NCBI GenBank assembly: GCA_043756885.1
Contig: JAYUQF010000027.1
Location: forward strand, 1-48,110
Origin: Pseudomonadota bacterium
GTDB taxonomy: Bacteria > Pseudomonadota > Gammaproteobacteria > Ga0077536
Reading direction: 5' to 3'
Length of the DNA: 48,110 nucleotides
How positions within the stretch are numbered: position 1 is the stretch's first letter; every line of letters begins with the position of its first letter. A program made the translations under genes and the position numbers. The notes beneath the pieces were generated by a model. The model had not been told where the DNA came from and made no database searches. It worked only from the letters and a program-made list of their open reading frames with translations. Positions 29,701 through 38,305 of the stretch are shown here, piece after piece.

Positions 29701-30175
29701 GTCGGTGCGGATCATCAAGACCCGCCGGGGGCGAATGGCCGTGATCTCGCTGGATGACCAGACTGCACGCGTCGAGGTTACGGTCTACCGCGAGGTTTAT
29801 GAGCGGAACCTCGACAAACTGGTGACCGATATGATGGTCATCATCGACGGCGAATGTTCGGTCGATGAATTTTCTGGCGAACATACCGTGCAGGCCAGTG
29901 AAATCTCGACCTTGGATGAAGCTCGCAATCGTCTGGCCCGTGCCTTGGTACTGAGCCTTGGCGAACCACGACTGGTTAACGGCTTTGTGCATGAACTGAA
30001 GACGATGATCGGCAGCCATGGTCATGGTCGCTGCCCAATCGCCATAGAATATACACGTGCGCACAGCCGCGCTCGTCTTAAACTCGGCGAAGGCTGGCGA
30101 GTTAATCTTTCCGAGGGCCTGTTGGACGGGCTCAAGCGCCACTTTGGAGAACAATATGTTCATCTCGAATATTGA
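26708..30175 (+). CDS. dnaE: DNA polymerase III alpha subunit
   Basis: The PHP-domain start [15 protein letters not shown], the palm motif [16 protein letters not shown] and [10 protein letters not shown] are present. Length is 1155 aa. Confidence 0.96.
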   Translation: MNAPRFIHLHVHSEYSIVDGTVRVDDLADRCKALGMPAVALTDQNNVFALPKFYRASQEAGVKPIVGLDVWITPPAGVAERFRMVLLCQNREGYRNLSQLLTMAYRFGQHGGIAGIEESALHADAVRGLLALSGGPNGDLGRLSNEGKLEQIKQRLGFWRDLFGDRYYIEIMRTGREREERYTDAVLECAVATGTPVVATNDVRFLHAHDFDAHEARVCIHQGRVIADPRRPRDYSPSQYLKSEDEMCELFADLPDALANSVNIAMRCNLELEFGTYHLPEYPVGAGIQVDSLMREKSEIGLEQRFATGAIRGSRDDSKHVDTYQRRLASEIEVITKMGFSGYFLIVADFIEWAKQHGIPVGPGRGSGAGSLAAFALGITELDPLEYDLLFERFLNPERVSMPDFDIDFCMDRRDEVIEYVAARYGRDQVAQIITHGTMAAKAVVRDVGRVLGFPYGFVDQLAKLIPFDPQMTLERALAEEPALKRRQDEEEDVRAVMTLALQLEGLARNAGRHAGGLVIAPTALTDFMPLYCEQGSEALVTQFDMNDVEAIGLVKFDFLGLRTLTIIDWAVRDINQGRTASAQAPIAIEKIPLDDAATFKLVQNARTTAVFQLESRGMKELIKRLKPDLFEDLIALVALFRPGPLQSGMVDDFIERKHGRQALKYAVPALEPILKPTYGVILYQEQVMQIARVLAGYTLGAADLLRRAMGKKKAEEMAKQRESFVDGAQANNIAQADATFIFDLMEKFAGYGFNKSHSAAYALVAYQTAWLKAHYAAAFMAAVMSADMDSTDKVVRLIEECRALGLTVVPPDVNGCSFRFSVADTKTIRYGLGAVKGVGEAVINALVEERDSKGPYRDLVDICRRNADKRINRRALEALIKAGAFDCFGHSRAVLMAALDQVLQITDQHQKAAVSGQSDFFGLATEAVDEVAPLNVDYASGVREWSAEELLACEKETLGLYLSGHPIDRYRAELSAFASSSLSEIRPGKRRIAGFIMSVRIIKTRRGRMAVISLDDQTARVEVTVYREVYERNLDKLVTDMMVIIDGECSVDEFSGEHTVQASEISTLDEARNRLARALVLSLGEPRLVNGFVHELKTMIGSHGHGRCPIAIEYTRAHSRARLKLGEGWRVNLSEGLLDGLKRHFGEQYVHLEY

Positions 30176-30186
30176 GGTTTGCGGAC

Positions 30187-31176
30187 GTGACTGAACGGGT
30201 AGAGGAGAGCGGTCACGTCAATTTCAATTTCTTGGATTTTGAACAGCCAATCGCTGAGCTGGAAGCCAAGATTGAGGAATTGCGACGGGTCGGCGACGAT
30301 TCGGCCATTAATATTTCTGAAGAGATTGAGCGTCTTGGTAAGCGTTCGGAGGAACTGACCCGACAGATTTTTTCCAGCTTGAATGCCTGGCAGATTGCCA
30401 AACTGGCACGACATCCCAAGCGCCCTTACACCCTCGACTACGTGGAACGCATGTTTGAGGACGTCCACGAATTGCATGGTGATCGGGCCTTTGGTGACGA
30501 TGCGGCCATCGTCAGTGGCATCGGACGTCTGAATGGCCGTGGTGTGGCTTTTATTGGCCATCAGAAAGGACGCAACACCAAGGACAATCTGCTGCGAAAC
30601 TTCGGCATGCCAAGGCCAGAAGGATATCGCAAGGCGTTGCGTATCATGGAAATGGCTGAGCGTTTTCGCTTGCCGCTTATAACCTTCATTGATACGCCAG
30701 GGGCTTATCCAGGTATCGATGCCGAAGAGCGCGGCCAGAGCGAAGCCATCGCACGCAATCTGCTGGTGATGTCGGGCCTGCGCACACCTATTGTAGTGGC
30801 GGTGATCGGTGAAGGTGGCTCGGGCGGCGCGCTGGCTATCGGCGTCGGCGATCGCATTCTCATGATGCAGTACGCGACCTATGCGGTGATATCGCCGGAA
30901 GGCTGTGCGTCGATTTTATGGAAAAGTGCCGAGCGCGCTTCGGACGCCGCCGAAGCGATGGGCATCACTTCTACCAGTTTGCTGAAGCTTGGGCTCGTTA
31001 ACACAGTGATCGAAGAGCCTTTGGGCGGTGCCCATCGTAATCCTGAGTTGGCGGCCGCGCGTTTAAAGAGTGCCGTGCTGGTGGCGCTTGAGGAGCCGTC
31101 GTTGTTGCGTCCCGAGGAGCTGGTGAGCAGGCGCCGCGCACGTTTTGCAGCGATCGGTGAATACACCGATCGCTGA
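30187..31176 (+). CDS. accA: Acetyl-CoA carboxylase carboxyltransferase subunit alpha
   Basis: [49 protein letters not shown] are present. I chose the GTG at 30187 (GAGG lies 8 nt upstream). The TTG at 30172, which overlaps the dnaE stop, is the alternative. Confidence 0.92.
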   Translation: MTERVEESGHVNFNFLDFEQPIAELEAKIEELRRVGDDSAINISEEIERLGKRSEELTRQIFSSLNAWQIAKLARHPKRPYTLDYVERMFEDVHELHGDRAFGDDAAIVSGIGRLNGRGVAFIGHQKGRNTKDNLLRNFGMPRPEGYRKALRIMEMAERFRLPLITFIDTPGAYPGIDAEERGQSEAIARNLLVMSGLRTPIVVAVIGEGGSGGALAIGVGDRILMMQYATYAVISPEGCASILWKSAERASDAAEAMGITSTSLLKLGLVNTVIEEPLGGAHRNPELAAARLKSAVLVALEEPSLLRPEELVSRRRARFAAIGEYTDR

Positions 31177-32536
31177 ATCCGAACTGCAGGCACGTGCAGC
31201 GGCGGCGCTTGCCACGCGCTTGTATGCGCGCTTCGATGCGCTGTTCGCCGCGGGGGATATAGCACGGGTGGTGCTGGGTTTCAGCGGGGGGCTTGATTCC
31301 ACGGTACTATTGCACCTGCTGAGTGCTTATTTGCCAGGCCGCACCGTACAACTGCAAGCCCACCATGTTGATCATGGTCTGCAGCTCGATAGTCATCGCT
31401 GGGTTGCGCATTGCGCACAGGTCGCAGCACAACTTGGTGTTGATTTCTGCACTACGCGTCTGGATGGCACGCCGCCGTTGGGTGCAAGTGTCGAAGACTG
31501 GGCACGCCAGCATCGTTATGCAAGCCTGCTCGCGCAGATCGATAATCGCAGCATTCTCGTCACGGCACATCATCGTAACGACCAGGCCGAAACGGTTCTG
31601 CTGCAGGCCTTGCGCGGCGCGGGTCCCCATGGTCTGGCCGGCATACGCGCCCGCGGGTACTACGCTGACAAACGTTTACTGCGACCCTTGCTCAGCGAAC
31701 CGCGCCAGGACTTGCTGGCCTATGGCCACACGCATGCGCTCACATGGCTCGACGACCCGAGCAATAACGATGCGCGTTTTGCACGCAATCGTTTGCGCCA
31801 TCAGGTGATGCCAGTGCTGGAGCGCGAGTTTCCCGGCGCCGGGGCAGCATTGGCGCGGGTAGCAGCCCTGCAGAGTGGGGTGGTTGAGGTACTTGACGCG
31901 CTGGTCGACGCTTTGTTGCGCGATAACGAGCCCTTGGATCTCGCGCTGCTGCGCACCTGCGCAGCGCCATTGCGGCCCTTTGTCGTCAAACGTTGGCTGG
32001 CGCGCGCAGGCGGACCGGTGCCTGGGCGCATGCAGCTGGAACACATGTTGCGCGACATGCTTGATGCCCGTGATGACGGCATGCCGATGGTGTCATGGCG
32101 CGGCGCAGCGGTGCGTCGTTATGACAACAAGTTTTTCCTGACCCCTGCGCGTCTGCCAGTACCCGACGCCGAAGTGCTGAAGTGCGCGATGCCGTGGACA
32201 CCTTTAAACCTCAGCCATGGCAGCCTGCAGGCCTTTGAAACACCGATCGGTGGGGCTGATCCCGCAGCGCTGGCGAGCGCCGCGCTGAGTGTGCGCTTTC
32301 GCCACGGCGGCGAGCGTTTGCGCTTGCACGCTGGCGGGCCGCGCCGCGCGCTCAAAAGCCTGTTTCAAGAATGGCGCGTTCCACCGTGGTTACGGGACGG
32401 ATGGCCGCTGGTGTATGTCGGCGATCAGTTGGCCTTGGTGCCGGGACAGGCGATAACAGCGGAATTCCGCGCTGGCGAGGATGACGCTGGGATTGTCTTT
32501 GAGTGGCGTCCGCAGATCTCAACGGGACCAAACTGA
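31145..32536 (+). CDS. tilS: tRNA(Ile)-lysidine synthetase
   Basis: The PP-loop [33 protein letters not shown] and a C-terminal substrate-binding domain are present. The start is uncertain: the TTG at 31145 overlaps accA by 32 nt, and in-frame alternatives are the GTG at 31157 and the TTG at 31220. Confidence 0.88.
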   Translation: MQRSVNTPIAESELQARAAAALATRLYARFDALFAAGDIARVVLGFSGGLDSTVLLHLLSAYLPGRTVQLQAHHVDHGLQLDSHRWVAHCAQVAAQLGVDFCTTRLDGTPPLGASVEDWARQHRYASLLAQIDNRSILVTAHHRNDQAETVLLQALRGAGPHGLAGIRARGYYADKRLLRPLLSEPRQDLLAYGHTHALTWLDDPSNNDARFARNRLRHQVMPVLEREFPGAGAALARVAALQSGVVEVLDALVDALLRDNEPLDLALLRTCAAPLRPFVVKRWLARAGGPVPGRMQLEHMLRDMLDARDDGMPMVSWRGAAVRRYDNKFFLTPARLPVPDAEVLKCAMPWTPLNLSHGSLQAFETPIGGADPAALASAALSVRFRHGGERLRLHAGGPRRALKSLFQEWRVPPWLRDGWPLVYVGDQLALVPGQAITAEFRAGEDDAGIVFEWRPQISTGPN

Positions 32537-32540
32537 AGCC

Positions 32541-34058
32541 TCAGGCTGGGGTGTGGGTGCGCACCATCACGGTGGCTTCCTGCGCGGCGTGACTCTCGTC
32601 GTGCAATGTAAAGCGCATGCGCACGTCGCCGATGTCGACCACATCACCGTCACCCAGTTGGGCTGCTTCGATCCGCGTGTCATTAACAAATACGCCATTG
32701 AGCGAGCGCAAATCGTGGAGGGTCACGCCGCCAAGTTGATTGCCACGCACCTCGGCGTGCCGCCGCGACACCGAGTGATCGGTGAGGATGAAATCGTTGT
32801 CGCCCGCACGCCCGATGCGCCACGGTAAGCGGTCGACGGCGTGGCGGGTGAATGGTGCTTCGGCGAGTAACAGCCAGGCCAGTGGTTTTGCCGTCACGTC
32901 GCGCACCGACTGCGGCGCACGCTTCACGCGTAGATAGAGCAGCGTGACGGCCCCCAGGATCGCCAGCGAAACTGCCATGAGCGAGCCGAACCACGGCCAC
33001 ACCTGGACAGCATTGAGGCCCTGCGCTGCGCGCCCCGCCGTTGTTCGAGGTAACGGCATAGCGGCTTGTGCCGGCGCGGTTTCCGCGGTGGCTTGGGCCT
33101 TAATAGTGGGCAGCACGATGGGCACTATCGCCGCCAGTTGCTGCTCGTGGGTCTGAAAGCTCAGCGACAATTCGCCTGCACCTGCGGCGCCCTTGGCCAC
33201 CAGTGGTGTCAGATCAAAAGTCAGCTGGCCACCGTTATCGAGCAGAGTGAGGGCACGCTGCAAACTATCTGTGGGCAAATTGAATGCGGGAAACGTGGTT
33301 TGCAGAAACTGTCCGCCACCCTCGTTGCTGAGTCGGCGCAGGGTCTGAAGTGCCACCGACTGAGGGATAGAGCGGGGATAGCCGATGCTGTTGATGATGA
33401 CGTCGTGGCTGCGGGCCAATGCGATGATGTCTTGGTGGTGATAGGCGTAATCCTCGGCCAGACCATCGGAGAGCACCCACAACACCTTGCGTTTGGCGGC
33501 GCTTTTTGCCAGCACGCGCACAGCTTCACCGACGTTGCGATAGAGTTCGGTGGTGCGCCCGTTGGCGAGTAGTTGGGTGGTGTTGGCGAGCAACGCGGCG
33601 CGAGCGGATCCTATAGGCGCCAGCAGGCGCAGATCGCTATCAAAGCTGGCGAGTCCAATTCTAAAATGCTGGGGTGCTGCGGCGAGCAAGGTGCTGATAT
33701 GAATAATGGCGGCGCGTACCGCTGGTGCGCGCGCCGGATCGCTGGTATCAACGAGCAACAGCAGGGCGGTGTTGTCATCAGCTTGTGGGTAGCGTGCACC
33801 GAGCTTGGCCTGAATGGATAGTTCGTGCCACCGGCCAAGCGCTGCTTGCAGCTCGCCACCTTCGCGCAGGCGATAATTGCACTCCAGCTTCAATGCACTG
33901 CGCTGGCTACAGCTCAGCGCCAGGTTTTCATCGAGGCTGGCGGCCTTGCTGCTTGGCGCACAGTTGATCGCAGCAAGGGCGAGCAAGCCGCGCAGCGCCA
34001 ACGGCCCGCGCCAGCTTGGCGGGCAGCCGCCGCGGCCAGCGCGTCGCGGATCGATCAT
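32541..34058 (-). CDS. Membrane protein with a periplasmic vWA-like domain and a cytoplasmic FHA domain
   Basis: The N-terminus is signal-like (LALRGLLALAAINCA). A vWA-like fold follows (LLLVDTSDP..., VLWVLSDG, a degenerate MIDAS). A single TM helix follows (VWPWFGSLMAVSLAILGAVTLLYL). The C-terminal FHA signature is WRIGRAGDNDFILTDHSVSRRHAEV......L.DL.S.NG.FVN. The start overlaps the stop of the upstream gene (ATGA). Confidence 0.7.
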   Translation of the reverse strand: MIDPRRAGRGGCPPSWRGPLALRGLLALAAINCAPSSKAASLDENLALSCSQRSALKLECNYRLREGGELQAALGRWHELSIQAKLGARYPQADDNTALLLLVDTSDPARAPAVRAAIIHISTLLAAAPQHFRIGLASFDSDLRLLAPIGSARAALLANTTQLLANGRTTELYRNVGEAVRVLAKSAAKRKVLWVLSDGLAEDYAYHHQDIIALARSHDVIINSIGYPRSIPQSVALQTLRRLSNEGGGQFLQTTFPAFNLPTDSLQRALTLLDNGGQLTFDLTPLVAKGAAGAGELSLSFQTHEQQLAAIVPIVLPTIKAQATAETAPAQAAMPLPRTTAGRAAQGLNAVQVWPWFGSLMAVSLAILGAVTLLYLRVKRAPQSVRDVTAKPLAWLLLAEAPFTRHAVDRLPWRIGRAGDNDFILTDHSVSRRHAEVRGNQLGGVTLHDLRSLNGVFVNDTRIEAAQLGDGDVVDIGDVRMRFTLHDESHAAQEATVMVRTHTPA

Positions 34059-34699
34059 TTTTCAGGCAGGGTGGAATCGGGCGTGTCGAAAAAATCGATC
34101 ACCACACTGCTCTGACCACCCGCCACGGCTTCTGCGGACTTGCCGGCGACGTCCGTCTGCGTGTCGTCAGTTTCCGCGGCGGTTGCGTGCTTGGCGGTGC
34201 CGGTGGCCATGTCATCGCGGACTTCGCCGATCTGGGACATACCCTTACGTACTTTGTCGCCAGCGTCCTGCACGGTTTTGCCCAGCGCAGCGTTGTAGGC
34301 CAACCGGTAGGCGCGCGGTTCAGCGCCGTTGTTGCCTTCAATCAGATCGCGCGCCCACAGGAAAATATGGCCACTGCGGCCACTGGCTTTGTCGGGCTCT
34401 TGCACCTCGACAGCAAGCAGGTGAAAGCGCTTGGGTAGAGGCTGGTTGGTCGGCCAGCCGAGCAATGGCGGAATGGAATAGTAGGTGACGATGTACAGCG
34501 CTGAAACGAGTGTTATGGCGCCTGTTTTGACTGCCCACGACCAGCGTGCATTGAGGTTAAGTACGAGTAATAACAGTGCCACCGCGACGTAAGCCGCGAC
34601 CAGACCCGATGTTCCAAGTAATACCAAGCCGGCTCCCCTCAAGTAGATGGTTTTTGTAACGCGCCAAGCCCCGTTTGCGGCGGCTTTTATGGCGCGCAT
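34055..34699 (-). CDS. Hypothetical 2-TM membrane protein with a cytoplasmic domain and an acidic Thr-rich tail
   Basis: It has a basic N-terminus and two hydrophobic helices (GLVLLGTSGLVAAYVAVALLLLVL and GAITLVSALYIVTYYSI). A soluble region of about 130 aa follows and ends ...TGTAKHATAAETDDTQTDVAG.... I recognise no family. It is translationally coupled to the vWA/FHA gene. Confidence 0.5.
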   Translation of the reverse strand: MRAIKAAANGAWRVTKTIYLRGAGLVLLGTSGLVAAYVAVALLLLVLNLNARWSWAVKTGAITLVSALYIVTYYSIPPLLGWPTNQPLPKRFHLLAVEVQEPDKASGRSGHIFLWARDLIEGNNGAEPRAYRLAYNAALGKTVQDAGDKVRKGMSQIGEVRDDMATGTAKHATAAETDDTQTDVAGKSAEAVAGGQSSVVIDFFDTPDSTLPEK

Positions 34700-34728
34700 G
34701 ATAGACGATTACAGGGGGCGGACTGTGT

Positions 34729-35193
34729 TCACATGCCGGCAGCCAGCTCGACAATCTCGGTGAGGGTCGTATTCATGCGGCGGGCGAAATCATTGACGCG
34801 CGAGTCGCGACTATCAAGCGGCAGTTTGATCAGACTAATGACCGTGCGACCGTCTGCTTCGTGCACCGTGACGCGGCAGGGCATGTGAGCAATGAATCCT
34901 GGATCAAGCAACAACACCTCGCGCGCCAGCTCCAGCGAGCAGAAGTGAATAACTTCAACATCGGGGAAATCCTTGTAGCCGCGTTCACGCAGGCCCGCGC
35001 CTATGCTGTTGCGCCCGGTAATACGGAAGTTGTGATCAGTGATGGCAAAATCGAGTGCAAACATCACCTCGTCAAAGGGCTTGTCGATGCTGTAACGCAC
35101 CAACAGTGCGCCGTCGGGTTTGATGTCGACTGCGACCGCCGGTGCTGGCAGCGCGACCAAAGCCAGCGCCAGCAACAATGCGGCTGCCTTCAC
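34729..35193 (-). CDS. DUF302 domain protein with a signal peptide
   Basis: The signal peptide is MKAAALLLALALVALPAPAVA. The body has a DUF302-like pattern (F..V...L.FAITDHNF.I......IG, MPCRVTVHE.DG.T.I). This family call is from recall. Confidence 0.6.
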   Translation of the reverse strand: MKAAALLLALALVALPAPAVAVDIKPDGALLVRYSIDKPFDEVMFALDFAITDHNFRITGRNSIGAGLRERGYKDFPDVEVIHFCSLELAREVLLLDPGFIAHMPCRVTVHEADGRTVISLIKLPLDSRDSRVNDFARRMNTTLTEIVELAAGM

Positions 35194-35200
35194 TTTCAGC

Positions 35201-35830
35201 TCACTCTATGATGACAACACGGGTGCCAACATCAACAAAGCCGCGCAGTTCGTGCAAATCGTGGTTACGCAGCGCGATACAGCCCTGGGTCCAGTCGAGC
35301 TTGTTTTGAATATGCACCTTCTCGGGGGTTTCTTCGCCCAGGCCGTGGATACCGATCGCCCCACCCAGACGGGTATTTTGGGGTGGGACCTGGTTGTTGC
35401 GTAGAGCGGTCACGATGCGGTCAAACTCGGGGCGGGAAATCAGGCGGCTTTTCAGCCCGTAAAAAGCGTCCTTGACGTTGGGGTAGTTGAGTCGCAAAAA
35501 AGTGTCGAAAGCAGTGCTGTTGTCGACACCTACGATGCGATAGGTCCCGACCGGCGTTTTCCGGTCGCCGAGCTTGCGCTTGTCGCCCGGGCCGCCGCGG
35601 CCCAACGCGATCGGGAAAGTGGCCCGTACACGTTCACCTTCGCGAACGGTTAATACGCGCTTTTTTTTATTGACTTCGATGTCGTAGCCGGCGCCGAGCA
35701 GTGGTGCGCTCATCACACACATCGCAAGTAAGGCGAGGATAACGACCATGCGCCTGCGTCGGCAAACAGCGCGACCGGTGATCGTGGTGAGCGTCGCGCA
35801 AACTTGCGTGCTGTCGGAAGTGCCCATCAT
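35201..35830 (-). CDS. L,D-transpeptidase (YkuD) family protein
   Basis: The catalytic region is GGAIGIHGLG....WTQGCIALRNHDLHEL (His...Cys motif). The long start at 35830 retains an RRRR n-region ahead of the hydrophobic core (MVVILALLAMCVMSAPLLGAG). The ATG at 35749 is the alternative. Confidence 0.75.
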   Translation of the reverse strand: MMGTSDSTQVCATLTTITGRAVCRRRRMVVILALLAMCVMSAPLLGAGYDIEVNKKKRVLTVREGERVRATFPIALGRGGPGDKRKLGDRKTPVGTYRIVGVDNSTAFDTFLRLNYPNVKDAFYGLKSRLISRPEFDRIVTALRNNQVPPQNTRLGGAIGIHGLGEETPEKVHIQNKLDWTQGCIALRNHDLHELRGFVDVGTRVVIIE

Positions 35831-35883
35831 AGGTGCGATCTCTGCGGGTAGTTCATTGCTCGGGCGAACACAACACAGTACTA

Positions 35884-36042
35884 AGGACCCTGGTCAAACA
35901 CTCTCTACATTCGGCCGTTCGTGAGCGGCCGTAGCGGCGTTGCATTTTTTGGCAATAGCACGCTATTGCCGGCAAAACGCGCCTAGCCGCAACCACTCAA
36001 GAACACCCTCGGTGTTGACGAGATAATATTGACCAGGGTCCT
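35884..36042. repeat. 159-bp composite palindromic intergenic element bounded by 14-bp inverted repeats
   Basis: AGGACCCTGGTCAA (35884-35897) is the exact reverse complement of TTGACCAGGGTCCT (36029-36042). Inside lie hairpin CGGCCG-N8-CGGCCG (35912-35931) and the near-perfect palindrome GGCAATAGC-AC-GCTATTGCC (35951-35970), which is flanked by T6 and A4. Confidence 0.6.
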
Positions 36043-36163
36043 AAACATACGCTTGTTTTGTTGCCGCAGCCAAAGCCGTGCTGGCCGGATTCTAATGCAT
36101 GCATGCTGCCCCATGCTACGCTAGCGGACACTTCAATTGAGTTCAAATTCAACGCCTGCCGCG

Positions 36164-36703
36164 ATGATGGACGCGAGCCTCACCGTCAAATACACGCGCA
36201 TCGCAATGCTTTTGCATTGGCTCACGGTGGTGTTGGTCGCCGTGCTCTTTGCGCTCGGCTGGTTCATGGTCGAACTGCCCAAGGGACCTGGGCGCAGTTA
36301 TTATTTCGCGCTACACAAGTCCCTGGGGCTGTGTGCATTTGGCCTGCTGTGCGTGCGTGTGGTCTGGCGCGTGCGGCACCGACCGCCGCCCTTGCCGGCG
36401 AGTCTTGCGTGGTGGCAAGCACAGCTTGCGCGCGGCGTGCATGGTGCTTTTTATGTAGTGCTGGTGTTGCAACCGATCAGCGGCTATGTGTCTTCGTCTT
36501 TCAGTGGCTATGCAACGCACTGGTTCGGTTTGCCTCTGCCCACTTGGGGTTGGGGTGACGCCCCGCTCAACCAGCTGTTTACCGAGTTGCATGTATTGTG
36601 CTCAATTGCGCTATTGGTGTTGATTGGCGTGCACGTAACGGGCTTCATTTCCCATCTGCTGGCCGGCGAGCGGACACTGAGTCGCCGCATGTGGCCCCGG
36701 TAG
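36164..36703 (+). CDS. Cytochrome b561 family protein
   Basis: It has four TM helices with conserved His positions (MLLHWLT, ALHKSLG, VHGAFY, GVHVTGF). I preferred the ATG at 36164 to the TTG at 36137. Confidence 0.8.
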   Translation: MMDASLTVKYTRIAMLLHWLTVVLVAVLFALGWFMVELPKGPGRSYYFALHKSLGLCAFGLLCVRVVWRVRHRPPPLPASLAWWQAQLARGVHGAFYVVLVLQPISGYVSSSFSGYATHWFGLPLPTWGWGDAPLNQLFTELHVLCSIALLVLIGVHVTGFISHLLAGERTLSRRMWPR

Positions 36704-36837
36704 ATCATTGTTCCGGCAGCGATGAAGCAAGTCATTCCAGTACCGACGGGAGCCGTATTGCAGCAGGAAACCCCCCCTGCCGGGTGGTCTGCTTGGCGTG
36801 GTGACCGTGTGCGCCGAGGCCGTATTGGGCCACGCCC

Positions 36838-38301
36838 GTGACGCCTGAAGATCGCCCGCAGTCTTTGCGCCGTTTGTTGCTCGTCCATGAGCTCGCTTTC
36901 CTGATCCTTGTGATCATCACCGGCGGGCTGGCGAGCGTGTGGGGTTACTTGTGGCAACAGTCTTCACTGGAGACCATCCGCCTGCATGGTTTGTCGCACA
37001 CTGCCGAGGAGATCCGTTCGCTGGTATTCAAGCAGATCAACGAAGTGACCGCCGCGGCGCTGAACGACAACCCAAGCACCCGTGATCTTGATACCCGCTA
37101 TCTGCAAACCATCCAGGAATTGTTCAACGAACTGCGACGTTCCTCTGCGGATCGGGCCGAAGGGTATGCGGTGCAAGGCATGCAGACCGCCTTCAGTCTG
37201 CTGCAGTCCAACTTGCGTGCGACCTTGGCCGATCCCTCTGCTCTGCAACGCCTGGTGCGCGCCACGTTGCTCGACCCGGCATTTGAAGGTCGTTTTGTCG
37301 CCGATTTCGAATCTGCGTTCGAAAACTTCAACGGCCTGCTCACGCAACAGATAGCCGCCCAGAACCGCAGAGTTGCACAGCGGTTAACGTTTGCGCCGTG
37401 GGCACTCAGCGTGCCGGTGCTGATCGGAGTTGGGTTGCTGCTGGCCTCACGGCGGCGGCTCCAGCGCGGTTTTGTGCAGCCCATGCAGGCAGTGCTGGCC
37501 GGCACGCGCGCAATCAGTCAGGGTCGCCGCGATGGCGAGTTAGAAGAAGCGGGTGTGGCAGAAATGCGCGAGCTCGCTCAGGGCATTAATCGTATGGCTG
37601 CTGATCTGGACCAAAGCCAGCACGCCCTGCTCGATCAGGAGCGGCAAGCCGCCCAGGGCGGTCTGATCCCGGTCATCGCCCACAATATCCGCAATCCGCT
37701 GGCGGCTATCCGTGCCAACGCGCAACTGCTGGATGGCTCCGAGAGTGCAGCGGAGCTGGGGGAGATCCGCGCCGCCATCATTGATACCGTTGACAGACTG
37801 GGCCGCTGGGTGACCGCGCTTGTGTCATATCTGCACCCGCTAAAACCGCGTCGCCAGCCTTTGTTTGCATGCGAGCTCCTGGTAGCAGTAGAACGTTTGC
37901 TGGCGGCACATATGCTGGAGCGTGGTGTGCACTGCACGCATGCCCACTGGGACGAACAGGCGCGCATCAACGCCGATCGAGACCTCATGGAACAGGCACT
38001 CTATGGACTGCTCAATAACGCGGTCGAAGCATCGAAGCGTGGTGCTAACCTTTGGCTCGCAGTTGAACAGCACGAGGGCGAAGTGCTGCTAACAATCCGC
38101 GACGAAGCGGGTGGTATTCCATTTCAGCCGGAACCGAGCGAGCTGACCCCGGGGCCGAGTTCCAAGCGTTTTGGCACCGGACTCGGGATCCCCATCGCGT
38201 TTAAGATCTGTCACACCCACGATTTCCGTCTCGAGTTTCACACCGACGCCGGGCACGGCACAGAAGTCGTCATACGCGCGCCGGTTACACGGCTAGAATG
38301 A
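36838..38301 (+). CDS. Sensor histidine kinase (NtrB/AtoS-like; 2 TM, HAMP, HisKA, HATPase)
   Basis: Two TM segments flank a region of about 150 aa. A HAMP-like linker follows. The H-box is IAHNIRNPLAAI, the N-box is LLNNAVEA, and the G-boxes are RDEAGGI and GTGLGIPI. Confidence 0.85.
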   Translation: MTPEDRPQSLRRLLLVHELAFLILVIITGGLASVWGYLWQQSSLETIRLHGLSHTAEEIRSLVFKQINEVTAAALNDNPSTRDLDTRYLQTIQELFNELRRSSADRAEGYAVQGMQTAFSLLQSNLRATLADPSALQRLVRATLLDPAFEGRFVADFESAFENFNGLLTQQIAAQNRRVAQRLTFAPWALSVPVLIGVGLLLASRRRLQRGFVQPMQAVLAGTRAISQGRRDGELEEAGVAEMRELAQGINRMAADLDQSQHALLDQERQAAQGGLIPVIAHNIRNPLAAIRANAQLLDGSESAAELGEIRAAIIDTVDRLGRWVTALVSYLHPLKPRRQPLFACELLVAVERLLAAHMLERGVHCTHAHWDEQARINADRDLMEQALYGLLNNAVEASKRGANLWLAVEQHEGEVLLTIRDEAGGIPFQPEPSELTPGPSSKRFGTGLGIPIAFKICHTHDFRLEFHTDAGHGTEVVIRAPVTRLE

Positions 38302-38305
38302 AGCC

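Noticed and set aside
28061-30163. Two ORFs of about 200 aa (28061-28684 and 29558-30163) antisense to dnaE.
   Set aside because: They lie inside dnaE and have no motifs. Such ORFs are typical when there are few stop codons on the reverse strand of GC-rich coding DNA.
36722-36841. A 39-codon ORF ending in a GTGA overlap with the sensor kinase start.
   Set aside because: It has no SD, no hydrophobic or Cys pattern, and Arg/Gly/Pro-rich composition. I mention it in a finding only as a low-priority check.
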